Below, one piece after another: positions 1 through 10,248 of a DNA stretch of 64,000 bases (its first letter is position 1; each line of letters begins with the position of its first letter). The notes beneath the pieces were generated by a model. The model was not told the DNA's origin. It did no database searches and saw nothing but the letters and a program-made list of their open reading frames with translations. Location of the stretch: assembly GCA_964630055.1 (NCBI GenBank), contig CAZVRA010000001.1, positions 174,483-238,482 on the forward strand, given 5' to 3'. Source of the DNA: an uncultured Candidatus Saccharibacteria bacterium (GTDB lineage: Bacteria > Patescibacteriota > Saccharimonadia > Saccharimonadales > CAZVRA01). The translations under genes and the position numbers were made by a program.

Positions 1-362
1 CCGTACAGCGAGGTAATCACATTACCACAGATGCCTTTGCTGGGTACCATGACCTAGAGTTCTATGGCTACTCTCATGAACGCTGTAACCATAGCAATGG
101 CCATTTTGGTCCCACCAACATGATCGAGAACTTCTGGGGCGTACTGAAACGCTCACTCAGAAGACTGTACGGCAAGCTAATGCTTGCCGACCTACCAAAC
201 ATACTAAAGGAATGGGAACAAAGTGTTAGACCGCTCGATGTCTATCTCCGACCACTTCCGAAATTTTTTGGTTGGCTGCAGCACGAGCCTATTTTTAGTG
301 GCTGGAATTATTATTGTACGTTACAGATTTTTAAAGTTTTTGATAAGCCTTTAAGCAGGTGA
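1..362 (+). mobile_element. Truncated IS1595-family (ISXO2-like) DDE transposase, C-terminal fragment; the 5' part lies outside the window
   Basis: The frame of the 120..362 ORF is open back to nt 3. The translation ...TDAFAGYHDLEFYGYSHERCNHSNGHFGPTNMIENFWGVLKRSLRRLYG matches the conserved C-terminal part of ISXO2-like transposases (HxxVNHS ... NxIExFWSxLKR). No terminal inverted repeat was identified. Confidence 0.45.
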
Positions 363-381
363 GCAACCAGTGGCCGGTAGT

Positions 382-1227
382 TTAACTCTTCCTCCGATTG
401 CTCCAGAGCTCGGCGGCCATTGAAACGGCTGCCACACCCAGCCACAAGCGGCTATCGCCTACAAAGTTTTGAACATCTAGGGCTAGTTCTGGGTGCCCAG
501 AGCTGGCTAGCTGCATTACGGATTCAGCTGCGCCTCCTGCTACCACTGCAGCTAGTGCTCCACCGTCAGCAGAGGCCACGGCGTTAATTTTTAAAACATC
601 TTTAGGGGTGTGGCCATTAACGGCCGCGGTGCCTGCGTAAGCCGTAGTGCCTATCCCCATCACAGAAAAAGATCGCCTTATGTGAGTCATAAAACGCCCA
701 AACCGAGACGATTTTTGATCAAAGGTTTGGTCTATAGGGTCAATAATTTTCTGCTCTTGAGCAGGCTTTTCCATACCAGGGAGGGCATTGTTAAAAGTAT
801 CTATCAAGCGAGGGAAACTTTCGGTAACAGTTTGGTTGGTGCGAGGAAAACGCGATATGCCTTGACCAAATGCCGAACCTACAACTACGTTCCAGGCTGT
901 AAATGCTGCGCCCGTGACAGCAGCTGTGGCCAGGCTGTTGTGAGTTTGCTCCATAACCTCAACTGCCATGGGGGGTATCAATACAACACCTAGACGTAAC
1001 CTGTCTATGATCTGTGTACCGGCAGTAAGTGCGCCCCAGCTAGCCGTACCAATCTTGCTATATTCGTCGCTTCTGTAATCTGCAGCCACTGAGCCGCATA
1101 AAAGTCGGCCAGTTTGTTTGAGCCTGCTAAGTCTAGAACTGCTCAAGCTGCCCACATGGGGCGTAGACTTATCTGTTACTTCAGTTAAATCTACAGATTC
1201 TTTGCCAGAATTAATGATTTTCATCAT
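382..1227 (-). CDS. Hypothetical Ala/Gly-rich protein (281 aa)
   Basis: Long ORF with an AT-rich promoter-like region upstream (1228-1347). No recognisable motifs. Confidence 0.3.
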   Translation of the reverse strand: MMKIINSGKESVDLTEVTDKSTPHVGSLSSSRLSRLKQTGRLLCGSVAADYRSDEYSKIGTASWGALTAGTQIIDRLRLGVVLIPPMAVEVMEQTHNSLATAAVTGAAFTAWNVVVGSAFGQGISRFPRTNQTVTESFPRLIDTFNNALPGMEKPAQEQKIIDPIDQTFDQKSSRFGRFMTHIRRSFSVMGIGTTAYAGTAAVNGHTPKDVLKINAVASADGGALAAVVAGGAAESVMQLASSGHPELALDVQNFVGDSRLWLGVAAVSMAAELWSNRRKS

Positions 1228-1347
1228 ATAATTATAGCATAATTTAGTATATTATACAATATTTAAATTTATCTAGATCTACTATAAACTAATAGCGCAG
1301 CGCTATAATGGACAGTATAATCTAAATTTAGTGGTTAATATAAAATT

Positions 1348-1839
1348 ATGAAGAAATTTACTCAAAAATATACCATTGTTCAGTTTTTCGATCCCATTGA
1401 CGAAGGGTACGAGTATTCATCAGACAGTTGGCCGCTTCACTCTACAATTGTTGATACATTTGCGATTGATTGGTCTGTTGATGAGATGGTTGCAAAACTA
1501 AGAGAGCAGTTAGGTAGTCACGCACCAGCTGAGTCGGTAGCGGAAGACGATAGATTCTTCGGTGAAAATGGACAAGTTCAAGTAGTTCTTCTTAACCGAT
1601 CAGAGAGCCTAGTTAACCTGCACCTCGATGTATTAACAGCGCTAGTGGACGGCGGGCTTACACTCAATGATCCACAATTTGCGCGTAATGGATTTCTGCC
1701 ACATGCAACCGTACAGAAGCACTCACGCCTCAATAAAGGTGACGAGGTTAAATTCACGGCTCTAAGTATCGTAGACATGTTCCCAGACGAGGATGCATAC
1801 AAGCGGAAGGTACTTAAGACCATCAAGATCGGCGTCTAG
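1348..1839 (+). CDS. 2H phosphoesterase superfamily protein (LigT / 2'-5' RNA ligase-like)
   Basis: Two H-x-T/S-x motifs (PLHSTIV and LPHATVQ) about 80 aa apart in a 163-aa protein, as is typical of the 2H fold. Confidence 0.4.
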   Translation: MKKFTQKYTIVQFFDPIDEGYEYSSDSWPLHSTIVDTFAIDWSVDEMVAKLREQLGSHAPAESVAEDDRFFGENGQVQVVLLNRSESLVNLHLDVLTALVDGGLTLNDPQFARNGFLPHATVQKHSRLNKGDEVKFTALSIVDMFPDEDAYKRKVLKTIKIGV

Positions 1840-1843
1840 AAAA

Positions 1844-2789
1844 CTATAGTTCTTTTTGACCTCGAGAAGTAAGCATTGTAGCAGTTGAACGATGCGCCGA
1901 GCATACTGACTGTTCTGGTGACACTCCTTCAGATAGCTTGATCGTAAACTCTGCACTGAACATATCCCCAGCCCCTAAGGGGTTAATGATCTCTCTATCA
2001 CTCAATGGTCTATCTGTTGGTATGTCTGTGGATTCTCCATCCTGAACTAGAGTGGCTCCATGCTTTGCTCTCGTAACAGCAACTGCCGTGTTTGGACATT
2101 GTTTACTCCAAGACACAGTCGTCTCTAGAGCGTCATCGATATCCTCATCTGAAATAATGACCGCATCAAACAAGTTCAGGATATTCGGATTAGTTAATGT
2201 TCCCCGTGTGATACGAGCATCGTCCATCTTCCTTAGCAATCCTTGTGGTATAAGTATCTTTTTACATTCCATACTTGTGTGACTCACCGTTTCACTGATA
2301 TATGCGTCCGAATAATTAGGAATGTCGGGTGCTACAATAAGAATGTCAGCACTCGCTATAAGTGCACTTATAGTCCTGTCTATATGAACGGGTAGGCTGT
2401 TCTTAGGGTTTGGACATAGGGTTTGGACAGTATTGCGTGCGATGGCCATTCTCGACGATATTTCTGTAGATAAGGGTACTATCGCCTCTAGGCCTAGTCG
2501 CCATCACTGTAAGGTCACGAATATACTCTAAAAAATCTGTGCCGTGTTCAGTGATGATACGAGTCTTCAACCTGTACTGACGGGCGCAGTACGTCGCAAT
2601 ATATATCGGAGGAGGTCCCATGAGCGATGCGGCACACCCTCTATTATGATTGTTATCGGTGTATACATGGCCAATAGTAACGACAGTAGGAGTGTGCGCT
2701 ACTTGCATCTGGTTACCAATGTCGTCCATCCTCCTCAATCTCTGCGATGACAACACGGTGATCTGAGACCTTGTCTTCAAGGCGAACAA
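1844..2789 (-). pseudogene. PfkB-family carbohydrate kinase split by a frameshift (ORFs 2403..2789 and 1844..2449 overlap by 47 nt in different frames)
   Basis: The downstream ORF carries the PfkB C-terminal signature (INPLGAGDMFSAEF, compare DTxGAGD). The upstream ORF has an N-terminal GG-type region (TIGHVYTDN...GCAAS). The two frames overlap at CPNP. Confidence 0.35.
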
Positions 2790-3414
2790 CTGACCTAAAA
2801 GAGAATTTTTTAGGTATAGCGATGTAATCTAGCGTGATATTATTTTTCGGAATTGATATACTCCAGTTCGTCTGAAGACAAGGCATAACTCTTCAGCAGC
2901 TAGCTTGAACATGCTGAAGTCACTCGTGATTACTGGCTAAACATCCTTCGCTATGCAAAGCTCGACCAGCTCCCCTGAGTGCTCGCTCGACTCTTGATCG
3001 ATGTTACCAAAGTGTATATTACATACACTCGTTATCTGGCCATCAATATCGATGACTGCGAATAGTGCAAAACATGGCTCACTGAAGTTAGTTCCTTGCG
3101 AAAGAAGGTATAATTCACTTGAGACTACAGGATGTCTGGATAGTAAGGCTAGTCCATGTGAGTGGCCTTTTGTTAAGGTTCGTCGTCTTGGGTGTCGATC
3201 TTTTCGAAACGAAGGCGTGTATATTATATAAGGAAAGCTACCTTCTCTTGTTAAGTAAGTGGCTTGCGAGATAGGTGACCTCGCCACATCAAATTGGACC
3301 TCCTGTAGCGCAACGACATCTGGCGACTGTCTATCAAGGAGAGGGCCGCTTTTTTACAAGCACCCTATTGCTCGTACCCCCCAAAAAAAATTTAGCGTCA
3401 TCAATTTGGTCATG

Positions 3415-4770
3415 CTAGATGATTATCTCCTTGTCTCCGTAGTACTGAATGGCCTTACTCCTAGTCTCGGGGGATGTGTTGGTGTTACGTGTAACAAGTT
3501 TTGTAAGGTATGCCCCTTTTTCGTTTTCATACAACCAATCAGCCAATGATGACAGTATAGAGTCGAATACGTAAGGGCAGCAGGCAACCGCCATTAATGC
3601 GCCCCATGAGCGATCGAGCGATTGTTCCATCAACTCGTTGGCGATCTTCCTCATACCCTCCCCGTCTACTCGGCCTGTAGATGCATACCACACACAAAAG
3701 GAAGCTATGGAATGAGGATATTCAGACTCTCCGCGAATCAGTTCGAGGCAGAGTTCTGGCAATTCTTCGGGCGTAGCTTGTAAGACTTTATTAAAAGATG
3801 TTGCAGCAGGATGTTCAGAGAGCACCTTAGTTAACATAGTGTCGACGGTATATTCAAGCTCTTGTCGTGCAGCTGAGTATGCTTCGATAAACTGTTTACT
3901 ATCGTTGATACCCCACGCCTGGAACTTGTCTTTACAGAATTCGTAAATAGCCTCTAGGCTCACTGGGGATACGTACCGGTTGCGCACATCACCGGTCATA
4001 TCATAGACAGATATTGCCGCGTTCTTGACCGTAAATAGTAAATTAGTTGCCTCAAATGGAGCGCGCAGGCCATATCGCTCCTTGGCGTCCATCATGACTT
4101 CTGGCAGTTCTGGGCTTTCACCTCTTATGGCGGGAAAATTACCAGTACTCATGCGTGAGATCATATTAAAGAAAATAGTATCTCTGCTAGACCCAGTACT
4201 GTATTTTAGATTTGGCCCCATGTTTGTCGTTTTATTCGGAAAGTCAAAATAACGATAGAAGAAATATTCACTAATATTGTTTGCAAGCTGATGGTCAGCC
4301 GTATTCGCCTCAAGAATCATCTCGCTTATATCGTCAGCCGGAACATGCCCGACCATTCGTCCATCAATGAAGCGATTGGCATCTACGAGCGAGTAGTTTA
4401 ATAAATTGTGCAGCCGCTCCTTATTAATATGCCCCACCTCAAACTTATCAACGCCGTCAACTCTAATATCACTCTCAACATAATTATCGTCGTTATATAC
4501 AACAAAGAGGTCGATATCAGAATTCGGCAACATCTCACGACGCCCAAGTGAGCCTCCGACCCATAGCTTCAAGCCAGGATACTGATTTGAAAGCTTATTG
4601 ATATACTCTTCGGCTGCGGTAGACATCTCTGCCATTGCATCGAATGTCGTGTAAGACGGATCTTTAAAAAGGCGCTCAGCAACATCTCGCCGTATCTCGC
4701 CAAAATCACCCGGTACTTCCTGAGCGTGTTCAATATCAAAAGTAGTCGACGGTTTTTCAATTCCATTCAT
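3415..4770 (-). CDS. Pol-beta superfamily nucleotidyltransferase with a large C-terminal helical domain (451 aa)
   Basis: GSLGRREMLPNSDIDLFVV fits the GS-x9-DxD nucleotidyltransferase motif. Confidence 0.5.
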   Translation of the reverse strand: MNGIEKPSTTFDIEHAQEVPGDFGEIRRDVAERLFKDPSYTTFDAMAEMSTAAEEYINKLSNQYPGLKLWVGGSLGRREMLPNSDIDLFVVYNDDNYVESDIRVDGVDKFEVGHINKERLHNLLNYSLVDANRFIDGRMVGHVPADDISEMILEANTADHQLANNISEYFFYRYFDFPNKTTNMGPNLKYSTGSSRDTIFFNMISRMSTGNFPAIRGESPELPEVMMDAKERYGLRAPFEATNLLFTVKNAAISVYDMTGDVRNRYVSPVSLEAIYEFCKDKFQAWGINDSKQFIEAYSAARQELEYTVDTMLTKVLSEHPAATSFNKVLQATPEELPELCLELIRGESEYPHSIASFCVWYASTGRVDGEGMRKIANELMEQSLDRSWGALMAVACCPYVFDSILSSLADWLYENEKGAYLTKLVTRNTNTSPETRSKAIQYYGDKEIII

Positions 4771-5479
4771 TACAGAGCCTCTCTATAATGTTTTCATAAT
4801 CCGTAAGAAGATGAGCCATCTCTTCACGCGTGTAGTTTTTGTCATATTTAGTAATTTCTATCAGTGCAGCTCGCGAACCCTTACTGAAAGGATAAAGTCG
4901 TTTTATGTCATCCTGAGCAGACCTATTAGTGATGTGCGAGATGTTCTCGGCTTTTTCTTCACCAAGATAGACAAGAACGTCCTTGAATAATTTGAGACTG
5001 TACTTCTTGAACCCAAGCGTATCGTTCGTCTGCTGGATGGCCATTACGCGAAGTCTCGATAGGTATTCTCGTGTCGTAATTAGCAATGATGGACGTATGT
5101 CCTCTAGCTTCAGCCGACTTACGATATTTTCATAGACATTTTCCCCGTACAGAACCTCTCCAGCGGCGAGTACGTACATAAAGAAAAGGCTCTTCGTACC
5201 ATCATGGAATATAATGTCGCCATTCTGATTGTATATGTCTTGCATATACATAATGCTTAGGTCGAGACTTGGATAATCCTCTAGGATTGTGTTTATTGCA
5301 ACTGTGAGCGCATACGAGGGTTTATCAAGTACAATCTGCAAGTCGCAGTCTGAACGACTATGTACATCTTGATTATTCCTAACAGAGCCAAAATAAATAA
5401 CTGATTTAAGGCTTGCTTTAACAAGCGCATTAGCCGTTAGGCGAGACGTGATCTCTTTAGGGAGTCCTCTATTTGCCAT
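4757..5479 (-). CDS. Nucleotidyltransferase-domain protein (ANT/LinB-like, 240 aa)
   Basis: FGSVRNNQDVHSRSDCDLQIVLD fits the GS...SDxD NTase motif. The gene overlaps the upstream gene by 14 nt, so the two are probably co-transcribed. Confidence 0.45.
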   Translation of the reverse strand: MANRGLPKEITSRLTANALVKASLKSVIYFGSVRNNQDVHSRSDCDLQIVLDKPSYALTVAINTILEDYPSLDLSIMYMQDIYNQNGDIIFHDGTKSLFFMYVLAAGEVLYGENVYENIVSRLKLEDIRPSLLITTREYLSRLRVMAIQQTNDTLGFKKYSLKLFKDVLVYLGEEKAENISHITNRSAQDDIKRLYPFSKGSRAALIEITKYDKNYTREEMAHLLTDYENIIERLCNEWN

Positions 5480-6094
5480 TTAATTAATCTTCTCCACGTT
5501 TTTTCCTACATACTGCAATGCCCAGCCATCCCTGCTACGAGTAAACAAACTTATTGATGTATTATCAGGGCGTGTTTGATATGTCTGTGGGTGTGACCAA
5601 AATTCGATTTTTGATGCAAGGCAGCGTATAGCACCTCCATGTGTGAAAGCAAACACGCGCCCACTGTCTGATATTGAGTTAGCCCATTCATACATTCGAT
5701 TACCTACATCGTTAAACGACTCGCCGCCAGGAGACCTAAATTCTTTTCCTAGCCTGTCAATCTCGGCAACTTGTTCATCTGTAAACACCTCGGTCGCTAC
5801 GCGTCCGACCCATTCACCGACATGCTGTTCCTGTAGACGATCGTCTTCAGTGATTGGAATATCGGTCATCATAGCATCGAGTGTATAGCGAGCTGTCTGG
5901 GCGGCTCGTACTGCTGGCGAAGCATACACTACATCAGGGAGTAGCTCGGCTCTTAGCAAGGCCGCGCCTAGTCTGCGTGACTGTTCAACGCCTCTTTCTG
6001 TCAGTGGAAAGTGATTACTACGGCCCGCAATGTAGTTATGACGAACATTATTTGCCGCCTCTCCATGTCGTATGAGATATAGCTCCGTACCCAT
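5480..6094 (-). CDS. Histidine phosphatase (phosphoglycerate mutase family)
   Basis: N-terminal LYLIRHGEAANN carries the RHG catalytic motif. A second His lies in the C-terminal FTHGGAIR segment. Confidence 0.6.
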   Translation of the reverse strand: MGTELYLIRHGEAANNVRHNYIAGRSNHFPLTERGVEQSRRLGAALLRAELLPDVVYASPAVRAAQTARYTLDAMMTDIPITEDDRLQEQHVGEWVGRVATEVFTDEQVAEIDRLGKEFRSPGGESFNDVGNRMYEWANSISDSGRVFAFTHGGAIRCLASKIEFWSHPQTYQTRPDNTSISLFTRSRDGWALQYVGKNVEKIN

Positions 6095-6099
6095 GGTTG

Positions 6100-7104
6100 T
6101 TAGATAAGTCGTCCTAAATTAGTAACGCCCAGCACCTTGCGATCCTCGAAGGACTGTCGAGCTAGCAGGGCAAGATGAAGTGCGATTCGAGCATCTTCAA
6201 TATCTGGTGCTGGTTGAGTGTTGTTCTTGATGGCAAGCGCGAATGCATCTATCTCTGCGGCATATGAGTCGCGAAATATGTCGATCACCCCGGGTGCTAG
6301 CTTATTACGAAGTTTGAGCGTTACGCCATCATCTTGTCCATGACCTATTTGTATAATTCCATCAGTTCCAATAATCTCAGCGGCTATATCGTATCCGTAT
6401 GAAGCGTAGCGACTCCATTCGGTGATCGCCATAGTATCATTGGTCATATATAAGGTAGTAGAGCAAGTATCTATATCGCTATACTCTCTTAGGCCAGTGT
6501 GAACTAGCGCTGCACCCGTTGCAGAGATTTCCAAAACCTCTTGACCTAGCAAGAACCTAGCCGCATCATAATCATGAATAGCTGCGTTCAGGAAAAGGCC
6601 ACCATTCTTACCTAAGCCCCAGTTTGCTGCGTTCGATGCGTTCGGGTCGCGGCCGTGGGCCTTAAAAAGAACAGGCTTGCCAATCTTACCGTTGACAATA
6701 GCTTCTTTTGCAGCTAGGTAGCGAGGATCCCAGCGACGCTGGAAGCCAATCTGAAACTTAACTCCAGCATCTACGACATATTGCAATGCGTCATCAGTTT
6801 CTCGCATCGTGAGACCAATCGGCTTCTCGGTAAATATATGCTTACCTGCTCTAGCTACTGATTTTATATGCTCAACATGAAGGTAAGTGTTTGATGCAAT
6901 CACAACACCGTCAATTGGTTGGTTCAGGAAATTGTCCAAGTTGTCGCAAGTAAGTGTATCGTATTGTTCTTTAACGCTATTTAACGATTCAGGATTCGTG
7001 TCGCACACGGCAAAAAGTTCAGAGTACTTTGAATTGTTGATATTCTTCGCGTGGATGGAGCCAAGACGACCGTATCCAATTAACCCAAGACGAACCCCAC
7101 TCAT
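6100..7104 (-). CDS. Gfo/Idh/MocA-family NAD(P)-dependent oxidoreductase
   Basis: N-terminal Rossmann segment VRLGLIGYGRLGS and the family EKP motif (IFTEKPIGL). Confidence 0.65.
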   Translation of the reverse strand: MSGVRLGLIGYGRLGSIHAKNINNSKYSELFAVCDTNPESLNSVKEQYDTLTCDNLDNFLNQPIDGVVIASNTYLHVEHIKSVARAGKHIFTEKPIGLTMRETDDALQYVVDAGVKFQIGFQRRWDPRYLAAKEAIVNGKIGKPVLFKAHGRDPNASNAANWGLGKNGGLFLNAAIHDYDAARFLLGQEVLEISATGAALVHTGLREYSDIDTCSTTLYMTNDTMAITEWSRYASYGYDIAAEIIGTDGIIQIGHGQDDGVTLKLRNKLAPGVIDIFRDSYAAEIDAFALAIKNNTQPAPDIEDARIALHLALLARQSFEDRKVLGVTNLGRLI

Positions 7105-7215
7105 CTACCCGACCTCCGTACCATTAACTTTAATACTTGTTTCTGTGGACTTGATATTTTCGCTATTATAGCATATCATTGTACTATATACAACCCCTGA
7201 CAGAGAAGGAAAACT

Positions 7216-8433
7216 ATGGCTGGACCAGGTGCATACAGCTTTGGTGACGAAGAGCGAAAAGAAGTAATAGATGTCCTCGAAAGCGGACACTTATCTCGTT
7301 ATGGCAGCCTCGACGATCCAAAGTTTAAGCATAAGGTCTACTCTTTAGAGCAAGAGTTTGCCAGCTATATTGGCGTGCAACATGCTATAGCAAATAGCTC
7401 GGGGACGGGCTCGCTGTTCATATCACTACTTGCACTTGGACTACAGGAGGGTGACGAGGTACTGGTTCCTGGATATACATTTGTAGCATCGATCGGATCA
7501 ATAATTTATTCTCGTGCTACACCCGTATTGGTTGAAGTAGATGAATCACTCACAATGGATCCGATCGATCTCGAGGAGAAGATTACAGAGAGGACAAAGG
7601 CGATTATGCCCGTCCATATGCTCGGTAATCCTTGCGATATGAATGCTATTATGCATATTGCCGAGAAACATAATCTCTTTGTGATCGAAGATGGTTGCCA
7701 GGCTGCTGGAGGATCATTCAAAGGGAAGAAGCTTGGCACCTTTGGTGATATAGGCGCATTTTCTCTGAATCAGCACAAGAATATCGCTGCTGGCAGTGGA
7801 GGTATAATCGTTACCAACGACAATGCTCTGTACGAGAAGGCATTTGCCATTAGCGACCAAGGTCACATGCCAAACAGAAGTGGCAAGGAAGTTGGTAGCA
7901 GGAGTATTGTAGGTCTCAATTTCCAAATGAATGAACTATCTGGTGCAGTTGCGTTAGCTCAAGTAAGAAAACTAGACGGCATGCTTCAGGTTTTGCGCGA
8001 CAAGAAGTGCCAACTGAAAAATCTCATCAAGGAAGCAGACATCCCCGGCGTTGCCTTTAGAAAAATTAACGATATCAATGGTGAATGTGCGACAATGCTG
8101 ACTATAATTTTCGACACCAAAGAAATGGCGGATAGAGTCAGTAAACAGCTTGGCAGCATGCCCTTGTCAGAATCTGGCTGGCATGTCTATAGCAACATGG
8201 AGCAAATTAGCGGGCATAAAACACCTACAGATGGCTGGTCTTCTCGAGGAAGGTTTGTCAATGCAGGCGATCTGCCTAAAACAGATGATATTCTAAGTCG
8301 TAGCATTAATATTAGCGTAGGTGTTGTTGACGGAGGACTTGGATCAGCATTTGGCATCAATATTCATTCAAGTGATGACGATATAAGAAGTGTAGCAAAC
8401 AGCTTTATAGCCGCATGTCGGTATTCGTTATAA
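7216..8433 (+). CDS. DegT/DnrJ/EryC1/StrS-family PLP-dependent sugar aminotransferase
   Basis: Family-typical GDIGAFSLNQHKNIAAGSGGIIVTND segment with the PLP lysine. The overall length is about 405 aa. Confidence 0.7.
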   Translation: MAGPGAYSFGDEERKEVIDVLESGHLSRYGSLDDPKFKHKVYSLEQEFASYIGVQHAIANSSGTGSLFISLLALGLQEGDEVLVPGYTFVASIGSIIYSRATPVLVEVDESLTMDPIDLEEKITERTKAIMPVHMLGNPCDMNAIMHIAEKHNLFVIEDGCQAAGGSFKGKKLGTFGDIGAFSLNQHKNIAAGSGGIIVTNDNALYEKAFAISDQGHMPNRSGKEVGSRSIVGLNFQMNELSGAVALAQVRKLDGMLQVLRDKKCQLKNLIKEADIPGVAFRKINDINGECATMLTIIFDTKEMADRVSKQLGSMPLSESGWHVYSNMEQISGHKTPTDGWSSRGRFVNAGDLPKTDDILSRSINISVGVVDGGLGSAFGINIHSSDDDIRSVANSFIAACRYSL

Positions 8434-8472
8434 ATAGACTTAAGTGGGTGAGCTAGTTTATAATAATATCCA

Positions 8473-10167
8473 ATGGTAAATTTAATACAAATTGACAAAC
8501 TCTATAAGAAGTATATAGATACCTACTCGGATGATGCAAATAAACTGAACTTGTTAGCGGAACAACTTCAACAAGCCGATGAAGATATAGTGTCTCGCAA
8601 GAACTTTGTCGGACACGTTACTGCCAGTGCTTTTGTTGTCAATAAATACACTCGTCAAGTACTGTTACTTCGTCATAAATCACTTGGTAAATTACTACAG
8701 CCAGGAGGACATATTGATGAGAGTGATGGGTCGCCCCTCGAAGCAGCGTTACGTGAGGTTGAAGAAGAAACTGGTTTAAAGAGTGAAGATTTGGAACTAA
8801 GAACCGTTTTCAAACACTTTCCTAACGTGCCTTGTCACATTGACACGCATTTTATCCCCGAGAATCACCGCAAGAATGAGCCGGGGCATTATCATCATGA
8901 CTTTCGTTACTTATTTGTGACAGAAAAATCCGATATAACAGTAGATATTAGAGAGTCGAGTGGTTTTCGGTGGATTGATTGGGGTGTTTTTGTTGATGAC
9001 CCACATTTTACTACTGTTGTTGATAGGATTGAAGGATTGCTTGAGTCAAATCCTCGTGAATTTTTCAGATCAATAGTCGATAGAAGTGGTAAAAATATAT
9101 CTGTGATAGCCGTATCTCACATTATACCAAGCTCAGAGAACTACATCCTTGCTTTACAGGAAAATTTTAACCTCATAGGTATTATCCCGAAGCCAAATTC
9201 AATAAATAAAAAAACTTTATCTTTATTAAAAGATCATGATGTAGCTATACTAGATCAATTTACGCGTCAAAACATAGCTGATAACTCCGGGGAGCTAACA
9301 GACATGCTTATAAGTTACAATAATATATGCATGATAGATATTGGGGGGTATTTTAGTGAAAGTATTAGAGTGATCAAGAAGAGACTGGGCAAGAGGCTCA
9401 TTGGGATTGTGGAAGACACCGAGAATGGACATCAAAAGTATGAAAAGAGTATGACAGACGGTATTCGTATTATATCTGTTGCACGTAGCCCCCTGAAAAG
9501 CTTTGAAGACCAACTCGTTGGTAATGGAGTTGCTCATGCTGCTGAGACTGTCTTACGTAATCTAAACATCCTAATTAATTATAGAACCTGCGGTATCATA
9601 GGTTATGGTAAAATCGGAAGGGGCATATTTCAATACCTACAACAGCGTGGTATACGTCCTTATATATGCGAAATCAATCCGATGCGTGCCGTGCAAGCAT
9701 CTTGTGACGGTGCGATAGTGGTATCAATTCATCGCCTTTTGAGAAATAGTGATGTTGTTTTTTGCGCTACAGGATCTAGAGCCATCAATATCCTTAAATT
9801 TCGTGACTTGAAAAGGGGTGCATTCTTGGCATCAGTAACATCCTCGGATGATGAATTTGATTTACGATTTATTGATAGCGAATATGTTAATGAAAAGATA
9901 ACAAGTGATATCACAAAATATTCAAAACTTGGTCATCATTTTCATATCATTAATGACGGAAATGCTATAAATTTCTTGTATTCTGCGGCCGTTGACCAAT
10001 ATATTTATTTAGTTCAAGGTGAATTAGTCGCTAGTATAGTAAGTTTATTCCAGGATAAAAATAAAAAACCAAGGATAAAAAGTATCCTAACTAATCCTAT
10101 AGAAGTTCAGTATCATATAGCAGATAACTGGTTTAGTCATATCATCAAAGGAGACAAGGCATCTTAA
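8473..10167 (+). CDS. Fusion protein: N-terminal Nudix hydrolase plus C-terminal S-adenosylhomocysteine-hydrolase-like (NAD-binding) domain
   Basis: Nudix box GGHIDESDGSPLEAALREVEEETGL. The C-terminal GIIGYGKIGRGIFQYLQQRGIRPYICEINPMRAVQASCDGAIVV aligns with the AdoHcyase NAD domain (GYGDVGKG...ITEIDPINALQA). The mid-region IVEDTENGHQKYEK / SVARSPLKSFEDQLVGNGVAHAAE resembles AdoHcyase VSEETTTGVHRL / [21 protein letters not shown]. Confidence 0.5.
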   Translation: MVNLIQIDKLYKKYIDTYSDDANKLNLLAEQLQQADEDIVSRKNFVGHVTASAFVVNKYTRQVLLLRHKSLGKLLQPGGHIDESDGSPLEAALREVEEETGLKSEDLELRTVFKHFPNVPCHIDTHFIPENHRKNEPGHYHHDFRYLFVTEKSDITVDIRESSGFRWIDWGVFVDDPHFTTVVDRIEGLLESNPREFFRSIVDRSGKNISVIAVSHIIPSSENYILALQENFNLIGIIPKPNSINKKTLSLLKDHDVAILDQFTRQNIADNSGELTDMLISYNNICMIDIGGYFSESIRVIKKRLGKRLIGIVEDTENGHQKYEKSMTDGIRIISVARSPLKSFEDQLVGNGVAHAAETVLRNLNILINYRTCGIIGYGKIGRGIFQYLQQRGIRPYICEINPMRAVQASCDGAIVVSIHRLLRNSDVVFCATGSRAINILKFRDLKRGAFLASVTSSDDEFDLRFIDSEYVNEKITSDITKYSKLGHHFHIINDGNAINFLYSAAVDQYIYLVQGELVASIVSLFQDKNKKPRIKSILTNPIEVQYHIADNWFSHIIKGDKAS

Positions 10168-10248
10168 TGATAGTAGGCGGGATATCCCACAAATTATGCT
10201 CTAAAACCTTTCAAGCCATAAGAGTAAACCAATACCACAGTATAAAAT

